Shown: positions 18,503-28,645, counted from the first letter of the stretch. The stretch: 64,000 nucleotides of DNA from Alphaproteobacteria bacterium (GCA_965226045.1 CBDDBU010000028.1:193387-257386); one strand, 5' to 3'. Notes: generated by a model not told the origin, from the letters alone. Translations and numbers: made by a program.

Positions 18503-19591
18503 ATGAGTCCCCCGGTTAGCTATTTCTCGGCCGACTACGCGGAAGCGCGCGGCAAGTTCCTGGATGCCTGCTCGGGCGCCGAGGCGGAGGTGGTCCACCA
18601 TCTCAACTCCCGCGCCACGGGACCGGATGGCGGGGCGCTTTACACCGACGTCGCGCGCATCGGGCCGGCTGACGCCGCGCTCGTGTTCATCGTCGCCTCG
18701 GCGACCCATGGTGTCGAGGGCTTCCTCGGTTCTGGTTGCCAGGTCGGCTATTTGCGCCAGAAATTGTACGAGGAACGGCCGGCCGACAGCTGCTTGCTGT
18801 TCGTGCACGCCATGAACCCGTTCGGGTTCGCTCACGTCCGCCGGGTTAACGAGGACAACGTCGATCTCAACCGCAACTTCCTCGATCACGCCAAGCCGTA
18901 TCCCGACAAGCCCGACTACGAGGTCGTGCACCCCTGGCTCGTGCCGAGCGACTGGGATGGTCCGGCGCGGGCGGCGGCCGACAAAGACATTGCCGCCTAC
19001 ATCAAGGCGCACGGTTTTGCCGCCTACCAGAGCGCGGTCAGCAGCGGCCAGTACACCCACGCCGATGGCGTGTTCTATGGCGGGGTCGGGCCGACGTGGT
19101 CCAACCAGACCTGGCGGCGGCTATTGGCGGACTATGTGCCGGGCGGCCGTCGGGTCGGCTTTCTCGATCTGCACACCGGGCTTGGCCCCTATGGCTACGG
19201 AGAGCCGATGTTTCTGAGCTGGCCCGACATGGCCCAGTACGAGCGGGCGCGGCAGTGGTACGGCGAGGACGTGACAGCGCCAGAGGCCGGCGATTCCACG
19301 TCGTCTGCGGTTCAGGGCGTGGTGGCGGCGGCCTTCGCCGATCTCGCGGCGGATGCGGAGGTGACGGCGATCGCGCTCGAATACGGGACCCTGCCGGTTA
19401 CCGATGTGCTCGAGGCGGTGCGTGCCGACAACTGGCTCTATGCCCATGGCGATCCGACCTCGGCTCGGGGGGCCGAGATCAAGCGCCAAATCCGCGACGC
19501 CTTCTATTGCGATAAGGACGATTGGAAGGGTCTGGTCTGGGAGCGCGCCGTCGATATCCTGCGCAAGGGCCTGACCGGGCTCGGCGGCTGA
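18503..19591 (+). CDS. DUF2817 family protein (M14 metallocarboxypeptidase/succinylglutamate-desuccinylase-like fold)
   Basis: N-terminus VSYFSADYAEARGKFLDA and HAMNPFGFAHVRRVNEDNVDLNRNF match DUF2817 pattern; ATG 18503. Confidence 0.55.
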   Translation: MSPPVSYFSADYAEARGKFLDACSGAEAEVVHHLNSRATGPDGGALYTDVARIGPADAALVFIVASATHGVEGFLGSGCQVGYLRQKLYEERPADSCLLFVHAMNPFGFAHVRRVNEDNVDLNRNFLDHAKPYPDKPDYEVVHPWLVPSDWDGPARAAADKDIAAYIKAHGFAAYQSAVSSGQYTHADGVFYGGVGPTWSNQTWRRLLADYVPGGRRVGFLDLHTGLGPYGYGEPMFLSWPDMAQYERARQWYGEDVTAPEAGDSTSSAVQGVVAAAFADLAADAEVTAIALEYGTLPVTDVLEAVRADNWLYAHGDPTSARGAEIKRQIRDAFYCDKDDWKGLVWERAVDILRKGLTGLGG

Positions 19592-19702
19592 TGATGACGG
19601 ATTGGCGCGGTGGCGCTCGACTTGTTGAAGATGGCGCGATTGGCGGCTAAGCTGTCGTCGGCTTTAGATCAATAAAGCAGACCCGATCCCAGGGAGGGAC
19701 GA

Positions 19703-21274
19703 ATGAGATCATTGTCAATATCCCGGCGGGGGCTTGGCCGGTTGCTTACGGCGGGCCTAGCTGCCGGCGCGCTCATCTTTACCGCCGCCGCGCTCCCGCA
19801 GAGCGCGATGGCACAGAAGGTGGGCGGCACGCTGAAGCTCGCGTTCGACCACGATGCCGGCGGGTTCGATCCGGCCAAGGCGACCTATGGCATGTCGCAT
19901 GCAGTCATCGAGCAGGTGTTCTCGGGCCTGACGGCGCTCGATTCCGACGCCAATCCCTATCCCGATCTCGCCGCGACCATCGATGTGTCCGATGACGGCT
20001 TGGTCTACACCTTCAATCTCAAGAAGAACGTGACGTTCCACGACGGCACCCCCTTCACGGCCGAGGACGTCAAGTACACGCTCGACCATTTGAAGAACGA
20101 GGAAACCGGCTACCCGTACGCCTCAAAGCTGGCGGCGATTGAGGCCACCACCGTGCTCGACACGCACACGGTGCAGGTGCGGCTGTCTGTGTCGGATGGT
20201 CCATTCCTCGTCAATCTGGCATTCCCGGGCAACGCGATCGTCTCCAAGACGCTCGCCGAATCGGGGCATGACATCAACGTGACACCGATCGGGACCGGCC
20301 CCTTCAAGTTCGTGGAGTACCAGCCGGGCACGGTCATCAAGCTGGCGCGCAACCCCGACTTCTACGAGGGCAACAAGCCTTACATCGAGAACCTCGAGTA
20401 TCGGGTGATTTCCGACCAGACCGCGATCACCAACGCGCTGCAATCGGGGGTCGTCAATTTCTCGAACGTGATCCCGGCCAAGGACTGGGCGGCGATCGAG
20501 GCCAATCCTGAGTTGACCAAGGCGCCCGTCGAGGGGAGCCGTTGGTTCTGGCTCGGCCTCAACAACAAAGAGGCGCCGTTGGGCAACTCCTTGGTGCGTA
20601 AGGCCATCGGCCACGCGCTGGACCGCCAAGCCATTGTCGACGCGGTGTTCTATGGCCTCGCCAAGGTCATCCGTGGCGGCGTGGTTCCGGAGTGGAGTTG
20701 GGGCCACGCACCAGACCTTAAGGTCTTCGCACCGGGCGCCGACCCTGAAAAGGCCAAGGCGCTGCTTGCGGAGGCGGGTTTCGCGGATGGCCTCGAAGTC
20801 AACTTCAAGGTCGGTACGGAGTGGCCGCGGCTGATGGCGATGGCGCCGCTGATCCAGGCCAATCTGGCGGCCGTCGGCATTACCGCCAATATCTCGACCA
20901 TGGGCACGACCCAATGGCTGGACGAGGTGTTCACGGCCCGCGAGTACCATATCACCAACATGTTCTGGCTGAGTCCGCTTGCCGATCCCGACGACTTCAC
21001 GACGCTCAACTATCTGTGCGACAGCGAGATGAACTTCCAGGGCTCGTGCAGCGAGGAGATGGATGCGTTGCTGGATGAGGCCCGGTCGGCGACGACGCGG
21101 GACGCTCGCAAGGACGCCTACCGGCGGGTGCAGGAGCTCTCAATGGAGCAAATGACGCTGGTGCCACTGGTGAATGCCTTGATCCTTCATGCGCATACCA
21201 ACAAGCTGATGGGCTTCAAGCCCATGCGCACGGGCTTCCTGAAGACGCTCAAGGACGCCTGGTTCGTGGAGTAG
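19703..21274 (+). CDS. ABC transporter substrate-binding protein, family 5 (peptide/opine/nickel, DppA-like)
   Basis: 523 aa, signal peptide (RRGLGRLLTAGLAAGALIFTAAALPQSAMA), SBP_bac_5 features; aggagggga-like RBS. Confidence 0.9.
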   Translation: MRSLSISRRGLGRLLTAGLAAGALIFTAAALPQSAMAQKVGGTLKLAFDHDAGGFDPAKATYGMSHAVIEQVFSGLTALDSDANPYPDLAATIDVSDDGLVYTFNLKKNVTFHDGTPFTAEDVKYTLDHLKNEETGYPYASKLAAIEATTVLDTHTVQVRLSVSDGPFLVNLAFPGNAIVSKTLAESGHDINVTPIGTGPFKFVEYQPGTVIKLARNPDFYEGNKPYIENLEYRVISDQTAITNALQSGVVNFSNVIPAKDWAAIEANPELTKAPVEGSRWFWLGLNNKEAPLGNSLVRKAIGHALDRQAIVDAVFYGLAKVIRGGVVPEWSWGHAPDLKVFAPGADPEKAKALLAEAGFADGLEVNFKVGTEWPRLMAMAPLIQANLAAVGITANISTMGTTQWLDEVFTAREYHITNMFWLSPLADPDDFTTLNYLCDSEMNFQGSCSEEMDALLDEARSATTRDARKDAYRRVQELSMEQMTLVPLVNALILHAHTNKLMGFKPMRTGFLKTLKDAWFVE

Positions 21275-21296
21275 CCGTGACGCCGCTCGAGATGAG

Positions 21297-21330
21297 CCCT
21301 GGGGAGCCGCGCTCTCCAGGGCTTTCTCTT
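21297..21330 (+). terminator. Rho-independent terminator-like hairpin after SBP gene
   Basis: ccctgggga-gccgcgc-tctccaggg (9-bp stem, 1 mismatch) followed by ctttctctt. Confidence 0.5.
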
Positions 21331-21380
21331 GCGACCCGCGCCGAAATGCCAAGACGCTAAGCCACAACGCCTAACAAGCC

Positions 21381-22337
21381 ATGATCCAGTTCATTGCCGT
21401 GCGGTTGGCGGCTTTCGTGCCCACCCTTCTCGCGATCTCGGCCGTCTTGTTTCTGGCGATCAATGTGATCCCCGGCGGCGCCGCCCAGGCTTCACTTGGC
21501 ATCAGGGCCACGCCCCAGGCGATCGCCCGCTTCAACCGCGAACACGGCCTCGACCGACCACTACCCGAGCAGTACGTGGCCTGGCTTGGCAAGGTGTTGC
21601 AGGGTGATTTCGGCAAGTCGCTTCAGTCGGGCACCCCGGTCGGGCCGGAACTGTTGGTGCGCCTGGCGCTGACGCTGGAGCTGGCGATTCTTGCTTTTCT
21701 CATCGCCAACCTCATCGCCGTGCCGCTCGGCTGCCTCGCCGCCTACCACCACCAGCGAGCCGCGGACCATGCCTTCATTTTGCTGGCGACGATAATGGGA
21801 GCGCTGCCGAATTTTTGGTTGGCGACGCTGCTGATTCTCTTTTTCACGGTCACCCTGCACTGGCTGCCGCCCGGCGGCTACGTGCCGTTCGGCGAGGCCC
21901 CGCTCGAGAACCTCAGCCTCATGCTGATGCCGGCGATCTCGCTGGGCGTCGTTTCGTCGGCGCTGTTGCTGCGCATCATGCGCACCGGCATGATCGAGGT
22001 GATCTCGTCTGACTACATCCGCACGGCGCGCGCCAAGGGCGCGGGCCAGAGCGTCGTGATTTGGCGCCACGCGTTGCGCAACGCGCTGATTCCCTACCTC
22101 ACGGTCGGGGGCGTCGAGTTCAGCTTGCTGTTCGGTGGCGTTGTCATCGTCGAGAACATTTTTCTTCTGCCGGGCGTTGGCCAGTTGGCGTTGGTCGGCA
22201 TCACTCAGAGGGACTATCCGCTGTTGCTCGCGAGCGTGCTGTTGATCGCGGTCGTGGTGCTGAGCGCCAACCTGATCGTCGACGTGGCCGGCGCCTGGCT
22301 CGACCCCAGGCGCGTGCGCACCGTCCGGTCGGCATGA
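21381..22337 (+). CDS. ABC transporter permease (DppB-like)
   Basis: 318 aa, 6 TM, EAA-like loop (SDYIRTARAKGAG). Confidence 0.9.
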   Translation: MIQFIAVRLAAFVPTLLAISAVLFLAINVIPGGAAQASLGIRATPQAIARFNREHGLDRPLPEQYVAWLGKVLQGDFGKSLQSGTPVGPELLVRLALTLELAILAFLIANLIAVPLGCLAAYHHQRAADHAFILLATIMGALPNFWLATLLILFFTVTLHWLPPGGYVPFGEAPLENLSLMLMPAISLGVVSSALLLRIMRTGMIEVISSDYIRTARAKGAGQSVVIWRHALRNALIPYLTVGGVEFSLLFGGVVIVENIFLLPGVGQLALVGITQRDYPLLLASVLLIAVVVLSANLIVDVAGAWLDPRRVRTVRSA

Positions 22338-23179
22338 CGCCGGCGCCGGCGATGCTTGTGCGGATACCGTGGCGGCGGGTCGGATTGCTGTCGATCGGCG
22401 CCACGCTGACGCTCGGCCTGCTCCTCGTGGCGCTGTTCGCGCCGTGGGTCGCGCCGTTCTCGCCCTACGAGATCAACGTTCCGGAACGGTTGCAGTCGCC
22501 TGGTGCGGTGCACTGGCTGGGCACCGACGAGCTCGGGCGCGACACCTTCTCGCGCACCGTCTTCGCCGCCCGCATTTCGGTGCAGGTGGCCGCCGTGGCG
22601 GTCGGCATCGGGCTCATCGGCGGGGTCCTGATCGGCCTAAGTTCGGCTTATTTCGGTGGCGCCTGGGACATGATCTTCATGCGCAACATGGACCTGCTGT
22701 ATGCCTTTCCCGCGGTGCTGCTGGCAATCGTCATCATGGCCGGGCTCGGCACCAGCATGGTCAACGCCATGATCGCGATCGGCATCATCTTCATTCCCGG
22801 CTACGCCCGTCTTTCGCGGGCGACGGCGCAGGTGGTCTTGCGCCAGCCGTTCATCGAGGCGGCGCTCACCATCGGCATGTCGACGCCGCGTATCCTGTTT
22901 CGCGAGATCCTGCCCAACATCGCGACGCCGCTGATGGTGGCCGGGGCGATCGGCTTCGCCTACGCCGTGTTGATCGAATCGGCGCTCAGTTTCCTCGGTC
23001 TCGGCGCCCAGCCGCCAGAGCCGACCTGGGGCGAGATGATCAACTCGGGCCGTGGGCAGATGACCAACGCACCATGGCTCGGCATCGTGCCGGGGGCCGC
23101 CATCTTTATTAGCGTCCTTGGCTTCAACATGTTGGGCGACGGACTGCGAGATTTCTTCGATCCTCAACTGAGGGACTAG
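22334..23179 (+). CDS. ABC transporter permease (DppC-like)
   Basis: Internal ATG 22334 overlaps upstream stop (ATGA); N-terminal TM then LGTDELGRDTFSR, 281 aa. Confidence 0.85.
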   Translation: MTPAPAMLVRIPWRRVGLLSIGATLTLGLLLVALFAPWVAPFSPYEINVPERLQSPGAVHWLGTDELGRDTFSRTVFAARISVQVAAVAVGIGLIGGVLIGLSSAYFGGAWDMIFMRNMDLLYAFPAVLLAIVIMAGLGTSMVNAMIAIGIIFIPGYARLSRATAQVVLRQPFIEAALTIGMSTPRILFREILPNIATPLMVAGAIGFAYAVLIESALSFLGLGAQPPEPTWGEMINSGRGQMTNAPWLGIVPGAAIFISVLGFNMLGDGLRDFFDPQLRD

Positions 23180-23223
23180 ACTGGGCCAACCCCCGGCATA
23201 GCGGGGACGGCGGGAGGACGGCC

Positions 23224-23964
23224 ATGGAAATCAACACATTCTCGATCGTTGGCCGGTGCGGACGTACCGGTCAGGTGGGGGGCGCGGTCGCGTCGGCGGG
23301 GCCGGGGGTGGGCCCGATGTGCCTGTTTGCCAGGGCCGGCGTCGGCGCCGTCTCATCGCAATCTTGGTGCAATCCGTACCTCGCCTATGACGGCCTAGAC
23401 CTGATGGAACAGGGAATGGGCCCGCGGGAGTTGTGCGACAAGCTCCTGGCGGAGGATCCTGGCCGCGAGATCCGGCAGATTGGCTGTGTCGATGCCAAGG
23501 GAAGAAGTGCTGCGTTCACGGGCAAGGAGTGTGCTCAGTGGAACGGCCATATCACCGGCCCCGATTTCTCGTCGCAAGGAAATCTCTTGGTCGGCGAGGA
23601 CACGGTGAAGGCGATGGCCGAGACCTTCCAGCGGCTCGAGGCGCTCGACCTCGCCGAACGGTTGATCGCCGCCCTTGAGGGGGGCGATGCGGCCGGCGGC
23701 GATGCGAGGGGCAAGCAGGGTGCCGCGGTCCTGGTCATGCACAAGGAGCGCTATCCGCTGGTCGACCTGCGCGCCGATGAGCATCGCCACCCGGTGGTCG
23801 AGCTGAGGCGGGTTTATGAGGTGGCGAGGTACCAGAGTCTGCCGTTCGTCGCTCAGATGCCGACCCGTGACAACCCGCTCGGCTCGTTCGCCGCCGACAT
23901 GGCGCACAGCATGAGCGTCGCGCCGGCTTACCGACCCGGTGGTGGCGGCGGCGAGAGCGCCTGA
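23224..23964 (+). CDS. DUF1028 family protein (Ntn-hydrolase-like), paralogue 1 of 3
   Basis: 246 aa; MEINTFSIVGRC..., GGDARGKQ.AA motif; gggagga RBS. Confidence 0.7.
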   Translation: MEINTFSIVGRCGRTGQVGGAVASAGPGVGPMCLFARAGVGAVSSQSWCNPYLAYDGLDLMEQGMGPRELCDKLLAEDPGREIRQIGCVDAKGRSAAFTGKECAQWNGHITGPDFSSQGNLLVGEDTVKAMAETFQRLEALDLAERLIAALEGGDAAGGDARGKQGAAVLVMHKERYPLVDLRADEHRHPVVELRRVYEVARYQSLPFVAQMPTRDNPLGSFAADMAHSMSVAPAYRPGGGGGESA

Positions 23965-23979
23965 GGGAAGGGAGAGAAT

Positions 23980-24720
23980 ATGGAATTCAACACATTCTCG
24001 ATCGTAGGTCGCTGCGAGCGCACCGGCCAGCTCGGCGTCGCCGTCTCGACCGCAGCGCCCGCCGTCGGCGCGTATTGCCCGTTCGCCCGCGCTGGCGTCG
24101 GCGCGGTTTCGTCACAGTCGTGGTGCAATCCGTATCTCGCGTACGACGGCCTCGATCTGATGGAGAAGGGCATGAGCGCCCAGGAAGTCCGTGACAAATT
24201 GTTGGCCGAGGACCCCGGGCGCGAGACTCGGCAGATCGGCTACGTCGATGCCAAGGGGGGCAGCGCCGCGTTCACCGGCAAGGAGTGCGCCAACTGGAAC
24301 GGCCACATCACGGGCCCCAACTTCGCCACTCAGGGCAACCTGTTGATGGGCGCGGGGTGTGTGGCGGGGATGGCGGAGACTTTCCAGAAAGCGGAGACGT
24401 TGGAACTCGCGGAGCGCTTGATCGCGGCGCTCGAGGCCGGCCAAGCGGCCGGCGGCGATGCCCGTGGCAAACAATCGGCCGCGGTCCTGGTGGTCCACAC
24501 CGAGCGCTATCCGTTGATCGACCTGCGCTCTGACGAACACCGCAATCCGATCGCGGACCTCAGGCGCATTTACGGCATCGCCAAGCTCCAGGGCCTGCCG
24601 TTCATCGCCCAGATGCCCACCCGCGACAATCCGCTGGGCAGCTTCGGCGACGACATGCGCTGGGGTTTGAGCGTTGCACCGGCGGTTCGCCCGGGCGGCG
24701 GCGGCGGCAAGGTGGCCTGA
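23980..24720 (+). CDS. DUF1028 family protein, paralogue 2
   Basis: 246 aa; MEFNTFSIVGRCERTG..., same length and end (RPGGGGGKVA). Confidence 0.7.
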   Translation: MEFNTFSIVGRCERTGQLGVAVSTAAPAVGAYCPFARAGVGAVSSQSWCNPYLAYDGLDLMEKGMSAQEVRDKLLAEDPGRETRQIGYVDAKGGSAAFTGKECANWNGHITGPNFATQGNLLMGAGCVAGMAETFQKAETLELAERLIAALEAGQAAGGDARGKQSAAVLVVHTERYPLIDLRSDEHRNPIADLRRIYGIAKLQGLPFIAQMPTRDNPLGSFGDDMRWGLSVAPAVRPGGGGGKVA

Positions 24721-24739
24721 CGGCCGAGAGGCGCCAGCC

Positions 24740-25480
24740 GTGCATCTCAACACATTTACGATCGTTGGCCGTTGCGAGCGTACCGGCATGCTGGGTGTGG
24801 CCGTTTGTACCGCCGCGCCCGGCGTCGGTGGCTACTGCCCATTTGTGCGCGCCAAGGCCGGGGCGGTCGCCACCATGTCGTGGGTCAATCCGTATCTCGC
24901 CATCGACGGGCTCAAGTTGATGGGCGAGGGGATGTCGGCGAAGGACGCGCTCGACAAGCTGATCGCGGCCGACCCGGGTCGCGCCGTACGTCAGGTCGGA
25001 ATGGTCGATGCCAAGGGCGGCGGCGCCGCCTATACGGGCGAGGGCTGCGGGCACTGGTGTGGCCACAAGCACGGCAAGAATTTCTCCGCCCAGGGCAACA
25101 TCCTGGTGGGCGAGGGCACGGTTACGGCGCTGGCGGAGACGTTCCAGAACACGGCCGCGCTCGATCTGCCAGAACGGTTGCTGCTGTCGCTTGAGGCGGG
25201 CATGGCGCGTGGTGGCGATGCCCGCGGCAAACAGTCGGCTGGGCTCCTGGTCCACTGGAAAGAGGAATATCCCTACATCGACCTGCGCGCCGACGAGCAC
25301 CGGCATCCGGTGCCCGAGTTGCGGCGCATCTACCAGGTGGCGCTGCACCAGAGCATACCGTTCGTCGCCCAGATGCCGACCCGCGACAATCCGCTCGGCA
25401 GCTTCAGTGCCGAGATCGAGGCCAGCATGAGCGTCGCGCCAGCCTATCGTCGCGGCGGCGGGGGGGGCGAAAGCGCATGA
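24740..25480 (+). CDS. DUF1028 family protein, paralogue 3 (GTG start)
   Basis: GTG 24740 with gagagg RBS gives (M)HLNTFTIVGRCERTG... and the same 246-aa length as paralogues 1/2; ORF-finder start at 24674 rejected. Confidence 0.6.
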   Translation: MHLNTFTIVGRCERTGMLGVAVCTAAPGVGGYCPFVRAKAGAVATMSWVNPYLAIDGLKLMGEGMSAKDALDKLIAADPGRAVRQVGMVDAKGGGAAYTGEGCGHWCGHKHGKNFSAQGNILVGEGTVTALAETFQNTAALDLPERLLLSLEAGMARGGDARGKQSAGLLVHWKEEYPYIDLRADEHRHPVPELRRIYQVALHQSIPFVAQMPTRDNPLGSFSAEIEASMSVAPAYRRGGGGGESA

Positions 25481-25512
25481 ACCCGACCGCCGCCGGACTC
25501 TGAGGCGAGCGG

Positions 25513-25725
25513 TTGGCGCGCATCGCGCCCGAAGCCCTCGCCGCCCTCTGCGCGGAGGTTTTCGGCCTCGATCTTGATCGCGAGCGCCTTGAGGTGTTGG
25601 CGCCGCAGCTCGAAGTTGTGCTGGCCGAGATCAAGCGCTCGCGCGAACTCGATCTCTCGGCGGTGTCCCCGGCGGTCGTGTTCGATCCGCTGTGCGTCTA
25701 TCCCCCCGGCGAGAATGACGGCTGA
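25513..25725 (+). CDS. Small GatC/AtzG-like (DUF4089-like) protein preceding amidase (TTG start assumed)
   Basis: 70-aa ORF, acidic helical protein (LAPQLEVVLAEIKRSRELDLSAV...), stop overlaps amidase ATG (ATGA at 25715). Confidence 0.4.
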   Translation: MARIAPEALAALCAEVFGLDLDRERLEVLAPQLEVVLAEIKRSRELDLSAVSPAVVFDPLCVYPPGENDG

Positions 25726-27076
25726 GGATATCGCGACCTTGCCGATCGAGGCCTTGGCGCCGCGCCTCCGCGACGGCGAGCTGTTGGCCGCTACGCTGGT
25801 CGAGGCGGTGCTCGCACGGATCGCCCGGCACGACGGCGACCTCAAAGCCTACCGCGGGTTGTCGTTGGGCGCCGTTGAGGCGGCCCGGGCGGCCGATCGA
25901 GAGATCGCCCAAGGACGCTATCGAGGGCCGCTGCACGGCATTCCCGTGGCCCTGAAGGACAATTTCCTTACCGCCGACATGCCCTCGTGCCTGGGCGTCG
26001 ACCTTCCACCGCAAACCTTCCCCCGGCGCGATGCGGCGGCGGTACGGCGTTTGCGCGAGGCCGGGGCGATTATCATCGGTAAGACCCAGATGCACGGCTT
26101 CGCCTGGGGCATCGTCACGCCGCCGACGCGCAATCCCTGGGATCGAGACCGGGTGCCGGGCGGTTCGAGCGGCGGGTCGGCGGCGGCGGTCGTGGCGGGC
26201 CTGTGCGGCGCGGCGTTAGGCTCCGATACCGGCGGCTCGGTTCGCATTCCGGCGAGCCTGTGCGGGTGCGTGGGCTTCAAGCCGACCTATGGATTGATCG
26301 ACAAGGACGGCATCGTCACCCATAGCTGGTCGCTGGATGTGGCGGGTCCGCTCGCGCGCACCGTAGGCGACGCCGCACTCATGCTCGAGGCGCTGGCGGG
26401 GCCCGGCTATGCGGCCGCGCTGGGACAACCGATTGACGGCTTACGGATCGGCGTCTGTCGCCAGCATTTTTTCGACCGTAACGCGCCTGAGGTCCAGAAC
26501 GCCGTCGAAACCGCTGTCGCGCACTTGGCCGGACGTTGCGCCGCGCTGGTGGAGGTGGAGTTGCCGCACCTTCCCTACGGGCTCGGGGCCATAGTGGCGA
26601 TCGAGCTTGCATCCTGCACCGCCGGTCAGGCCGGGCTGTTGCGGCGTGGCATGCAGAAGCGGATGCCGGAGGACGTGCGCACGCTGCTGGAGCTCGGCGC
26701 GTTCGTTTCGGGGGCCGACTATTTGCGGGCCGAGCAGGTCCGGCGTTTGCTGATGGAGGACTTTCGCACCGCCTTTGCGGTGGCGGACGTGATCATCACC
26801 CCAACGACGCCGGTCACCGCCTGGCCCCACGGGGAGACAAATGTGCCGATCGGCGATGGTCAGGAAAGCATACTCTCAGCGGCCTGGCGCCTGACCTACC
26901 CCTTCAACCTCGCGGGGCTGCCGGCCATCACCCTACCGTGCGGTTTTGATTCGCGCGGTTTGCCGATAGGTCTGCAAATCGCTGGCAAACCGCACGCCGA
27001 AAATACGGTGTTGAGCCTTGCTCATGCATACGAAGAGGCCCACGATTGGACGCATCGTCGGCCGGATCTGGCATAG
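25715..27076 (+). CDS. Amidase signature (AS) family enzyme (GatA/AtzE-like)
   Basis: GIPVALKDNF, GGSSGGSAAAVVAG...GSDTGGSVRIPAS AS-family Ser-cisSer-Lys signature; 453 aa. Confidence 0.85.
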   Translation: MTAEDIATLPIEALAPRLRDGELLAATLVEAVLARIARHDGDLKAYRGLSLGAVEAARAADREIAQGRYRGPLHGIPVALKDNFLTADMPSCLGVDLPPQTFPRRDAAAVRRLREAGAIIIGKTQMHGFAWGIVTPPTRNPWDRDRVPGGSSGGSAAAVVAGLCGAALGSDTGGSVRIPASLCGCVGFKPTYGLIDKDGIVTHSWSLDVAGPLARTVGDAALMLEALAGPGYAAALGQPIDGLRIGVCRQHFFDRNAPEVQNAVETAVAHLAGRCAALVEVELPHLPYGLGAIVAIELASCTAGQAGLLRRGMQKRMPEDVRTLLELGAFVSGADYLRAEQVRRLLMEDFRTAFAVADVIITPTTPVTAWPHGETNVPIGDGQESILSAAWRLTYPFNLAGLPAITLPCGFDSRGLPIGLQIAGKPHAENTVLSLAHAYEEAHDWTHRRPDLA

Positions 27077-27503
27077 GGGACCATCGGGCGGTGGAATTGC
27101 GTTGGTCGTGCCACCGCTGCGGCGAGGCGGCGGCCGCGCGCGCTGTTGCCTGTGAGCGCGCTCCGAGGGCGGATGGCGGGGCGCTATTAACACAACTATA
27201 AGGGATACTTTCTCGTCGGAAACACGCGTCGAGACACTATCATTTTGAATAGACATCGATCCCAAGTGTGCAGAACTAAACAACACTTTCAACCGAGGGT
27301 TTTCTTAGTTTGCTCGTGAGATGGTCAAATGGCAGCCTGATCCGCTGGTGTTCGGCGCTCACGGATTTCCTTGTCCATCGGGTTCCAGTGTGTCGAAATT
27401 CCCGCCGAGCCAGCTGCGGAACGCGGCCGCGCGGTCAGCTGCCGATTCGGTGCCGGCGCCCGGTCTGAGTCCGGCCGCGCGCCGCCGGGGCGTTATTGGC
27501 GCG

Positions 27504-28616
27504 ATGACCTGTATTGCGGTGTTTGCGTTCACGATTGGGCTGACGCTGCCGCTGATTTCGTTGATCCTCGACCGTGACGGATGGGACGCGACCACTGTGG
27601 GGTTGAACGCCGCCACCTATGCGATCGCCATGGTGGCGATCTCGCCGGTCGCGCCGTGGTTAGTCCGCGTGGTGGGCGCCGCCAGGCTGATGGGCTTATG
27701 CCTTGCGGTCATTACGCTCAGCGTGAGCCTCTTCCCGGTCTTTCCTGACATCGTCGTCTGGTTCGTTTTGCGCTTCGCGCTGGGGGTCGCCGCTAGCATT
27801 TTGTTTATCGTCGGTGAGGCCTGGATCAACGAGGTCGCCGAGGAGCGCACCCGGGGGCGCGTGGTCGGCATCTATACCGGCGTGCTGTCGGCCGGTTACG
27901 GGGCCGGGCCATTGGTCATTCCGTTGACCGGGATCGACGGCTACGCGCCGTTCGTTGTCGCCGCCATCGTCGTTGCGACCGCGAGCGTACCGTTGATGTG
28001 GGCCGCGCGCACGGCGCCAAGGTTCGACGCCCAGCGCCCGATGCCGATCCTGCATTTCGTCAAGTCGGTGCCGCATTTGCTGATGGCGCTCGTGGTGCTG
28101 GGCGTGGTGTTCGGCGCCTGCGAGGCATTGTTACCGGTCTATGCGGTGCACGAGGGCCGCAGCACGGCGGTCGCCGCCTTGATGCTCTCGGCGTTGGTCG
28201 TCGGCAACACCGTACTGCAAATCCCGCTCGGTCGGTTCGCGGACCGATTCGATCGCGAGACGCTTTTCACTCTGTGCGGCGTGGGGACGCTGGCCGGTTG
28301 TCTGCTGCTGCCGCTGTTGATCCATACGACGGTGGTGCTGTGGCCGGTCCTGTTCGTCTGGGGCGGCGCCATGCTGGGCCTGTTCACCCTCGCGATGATA
28401 TTGCTCGGCGAGCGCTTCAGCGGCTCCGACCTGGTACTTGGCGGCGCGCTCTTCGGCATAGGCTATGGCGTCGGGGGAGTCATCGGTCCGGCCCTCGGTG
28501 GTGCGGCGATGGATTTGTGGGGGCCGGTCGGACTGCCGCTGATGATGGTGGCCGCGAGCGCCCTGTTCGTGACGGCGGCGTTGGCGCGGCGCCGGGGCGT
28601 CGTTCGGCGGGGCTAG
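27504..28616 (+). CDS. MFS transporter
   Basis: 12 predicted hydrophobic segments, MFS-like loops; start uncertain (27321 also possible but encodes non-membrane P/S/A-rich leader). Confidence 0.7.
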   Translation: MTCIAVFAFTIGLTLPLISLILDRDGWDATTVGLNAATYAIAMVAISPVAPWLVRVVGAARLMGLCLAVITLSVSLFPVFPDIVVWFVLRFALGVAASILFIVGEAWINEVAEERTRGRVVGIYTGVLSAGYGAGPLVIPLTGIDGYAPFVVAAIVVATASVPLMWAARTAPRFDAQRPMPILHFVKSVPHLLMALVVLGVVFGACEALLPVYAVHEGRSTAVAALMLSALVVGNTVLQIPLGRFADRFDRETLFTLCGVGTLAGCLLLPLLIHTTVVLWPVLFVWGGAMLGLFTLAMILLGERFSGSDLVLGGALFGIGYGVGGVIGPALGGAAMDLWGPVGLPLMMVAASALFVTAALARRRGVVRRG

Positions 28617-28645
28617 CGCCCCCTCAACCTGTACGGAGGCGGAGA

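Noticed and set aside
24674-25480. ATG start at 24674 for the third DUF1028 paralogue (268 aa)
   Set aside because: Adds a 22-aa Arg/Ala-rich extension overlapping the previous gene; GTG at 24740 with RBS gives the same 246-aa length and N-terminus as the two sister genes.
27321-27503. Upstream ATG (27321) as MFS start
   Set aside because: Encodes a 61-aa Pro/Ser/Ala-rich non-membrane leader not expected for MFS proteins; 27504 start gives a 12-TM-sized protein. Kept as uncertainty.
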